DNA of 62,834 nt from Octopus bimaculoides (lineage: Eukaryota): positions 146,278,336 through 146,341,169 of the forward strand of contig NC_068982.1 in NCBI RefSeq assembly GCF_001194135.2, read 5' to 3'. Of this stretch, positions 62,801-62,834 are shown in pieces. The notes under the pieces were generated by a model. The model had not been told where the DNA came from and made no database searches. It saw only the letters and a list, made by a program, of their open reading frames with translations. A program made the position numbers and the translations under genes. The stretch's first letter is position 1. The number at the start of each line of letters is the position of its first letter.

Positions 62801-62834
62801 TTTGAGACATATATGTATATATATATATATATAT

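Overview
AT-rich animal genomic scaffold with many N-gaps, mostly flanked by (TA)n, and dense microsatellites. The SINE families and repeat landscape suggest a cephalopod such as Octopus, which is an inference. I found no convincing host protein-coding gene; the window is dominated by transposable elements. It contains: two mariner (DD34D) elements; a DD34E IS630/Tc1-type transposon (27931-30844) with repeat-laden TIRs and a transposase carrying about 34 N-terminal AAMNADDP octapeptide repeats; a near-intact Helitron (RepHel with 23-aa STPR-like repeats, 3' hairpin and CTAG); several Penelope-like elements (RT and GIY-YIG); pieces of R4/Dong-like REL non-LTR retrotransposons; a CR1/L2 fragment; and three families of tRNA-derived SINEs. 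Reading the non-coding repeats shows eight minimal hammerhead-ribozyme-like motifs, several degenerate, in about five repeat contexts. They include a U3-A8 core variant in a Penelope terminal repeat and a 540-bp fold-back with a hammerhead in each arm, nested in the Tc1-type element. A SINE head fused directly to an R4-like 3' end is also present. Most ORFs in the supplied track are microsatellite or gap artefacts.
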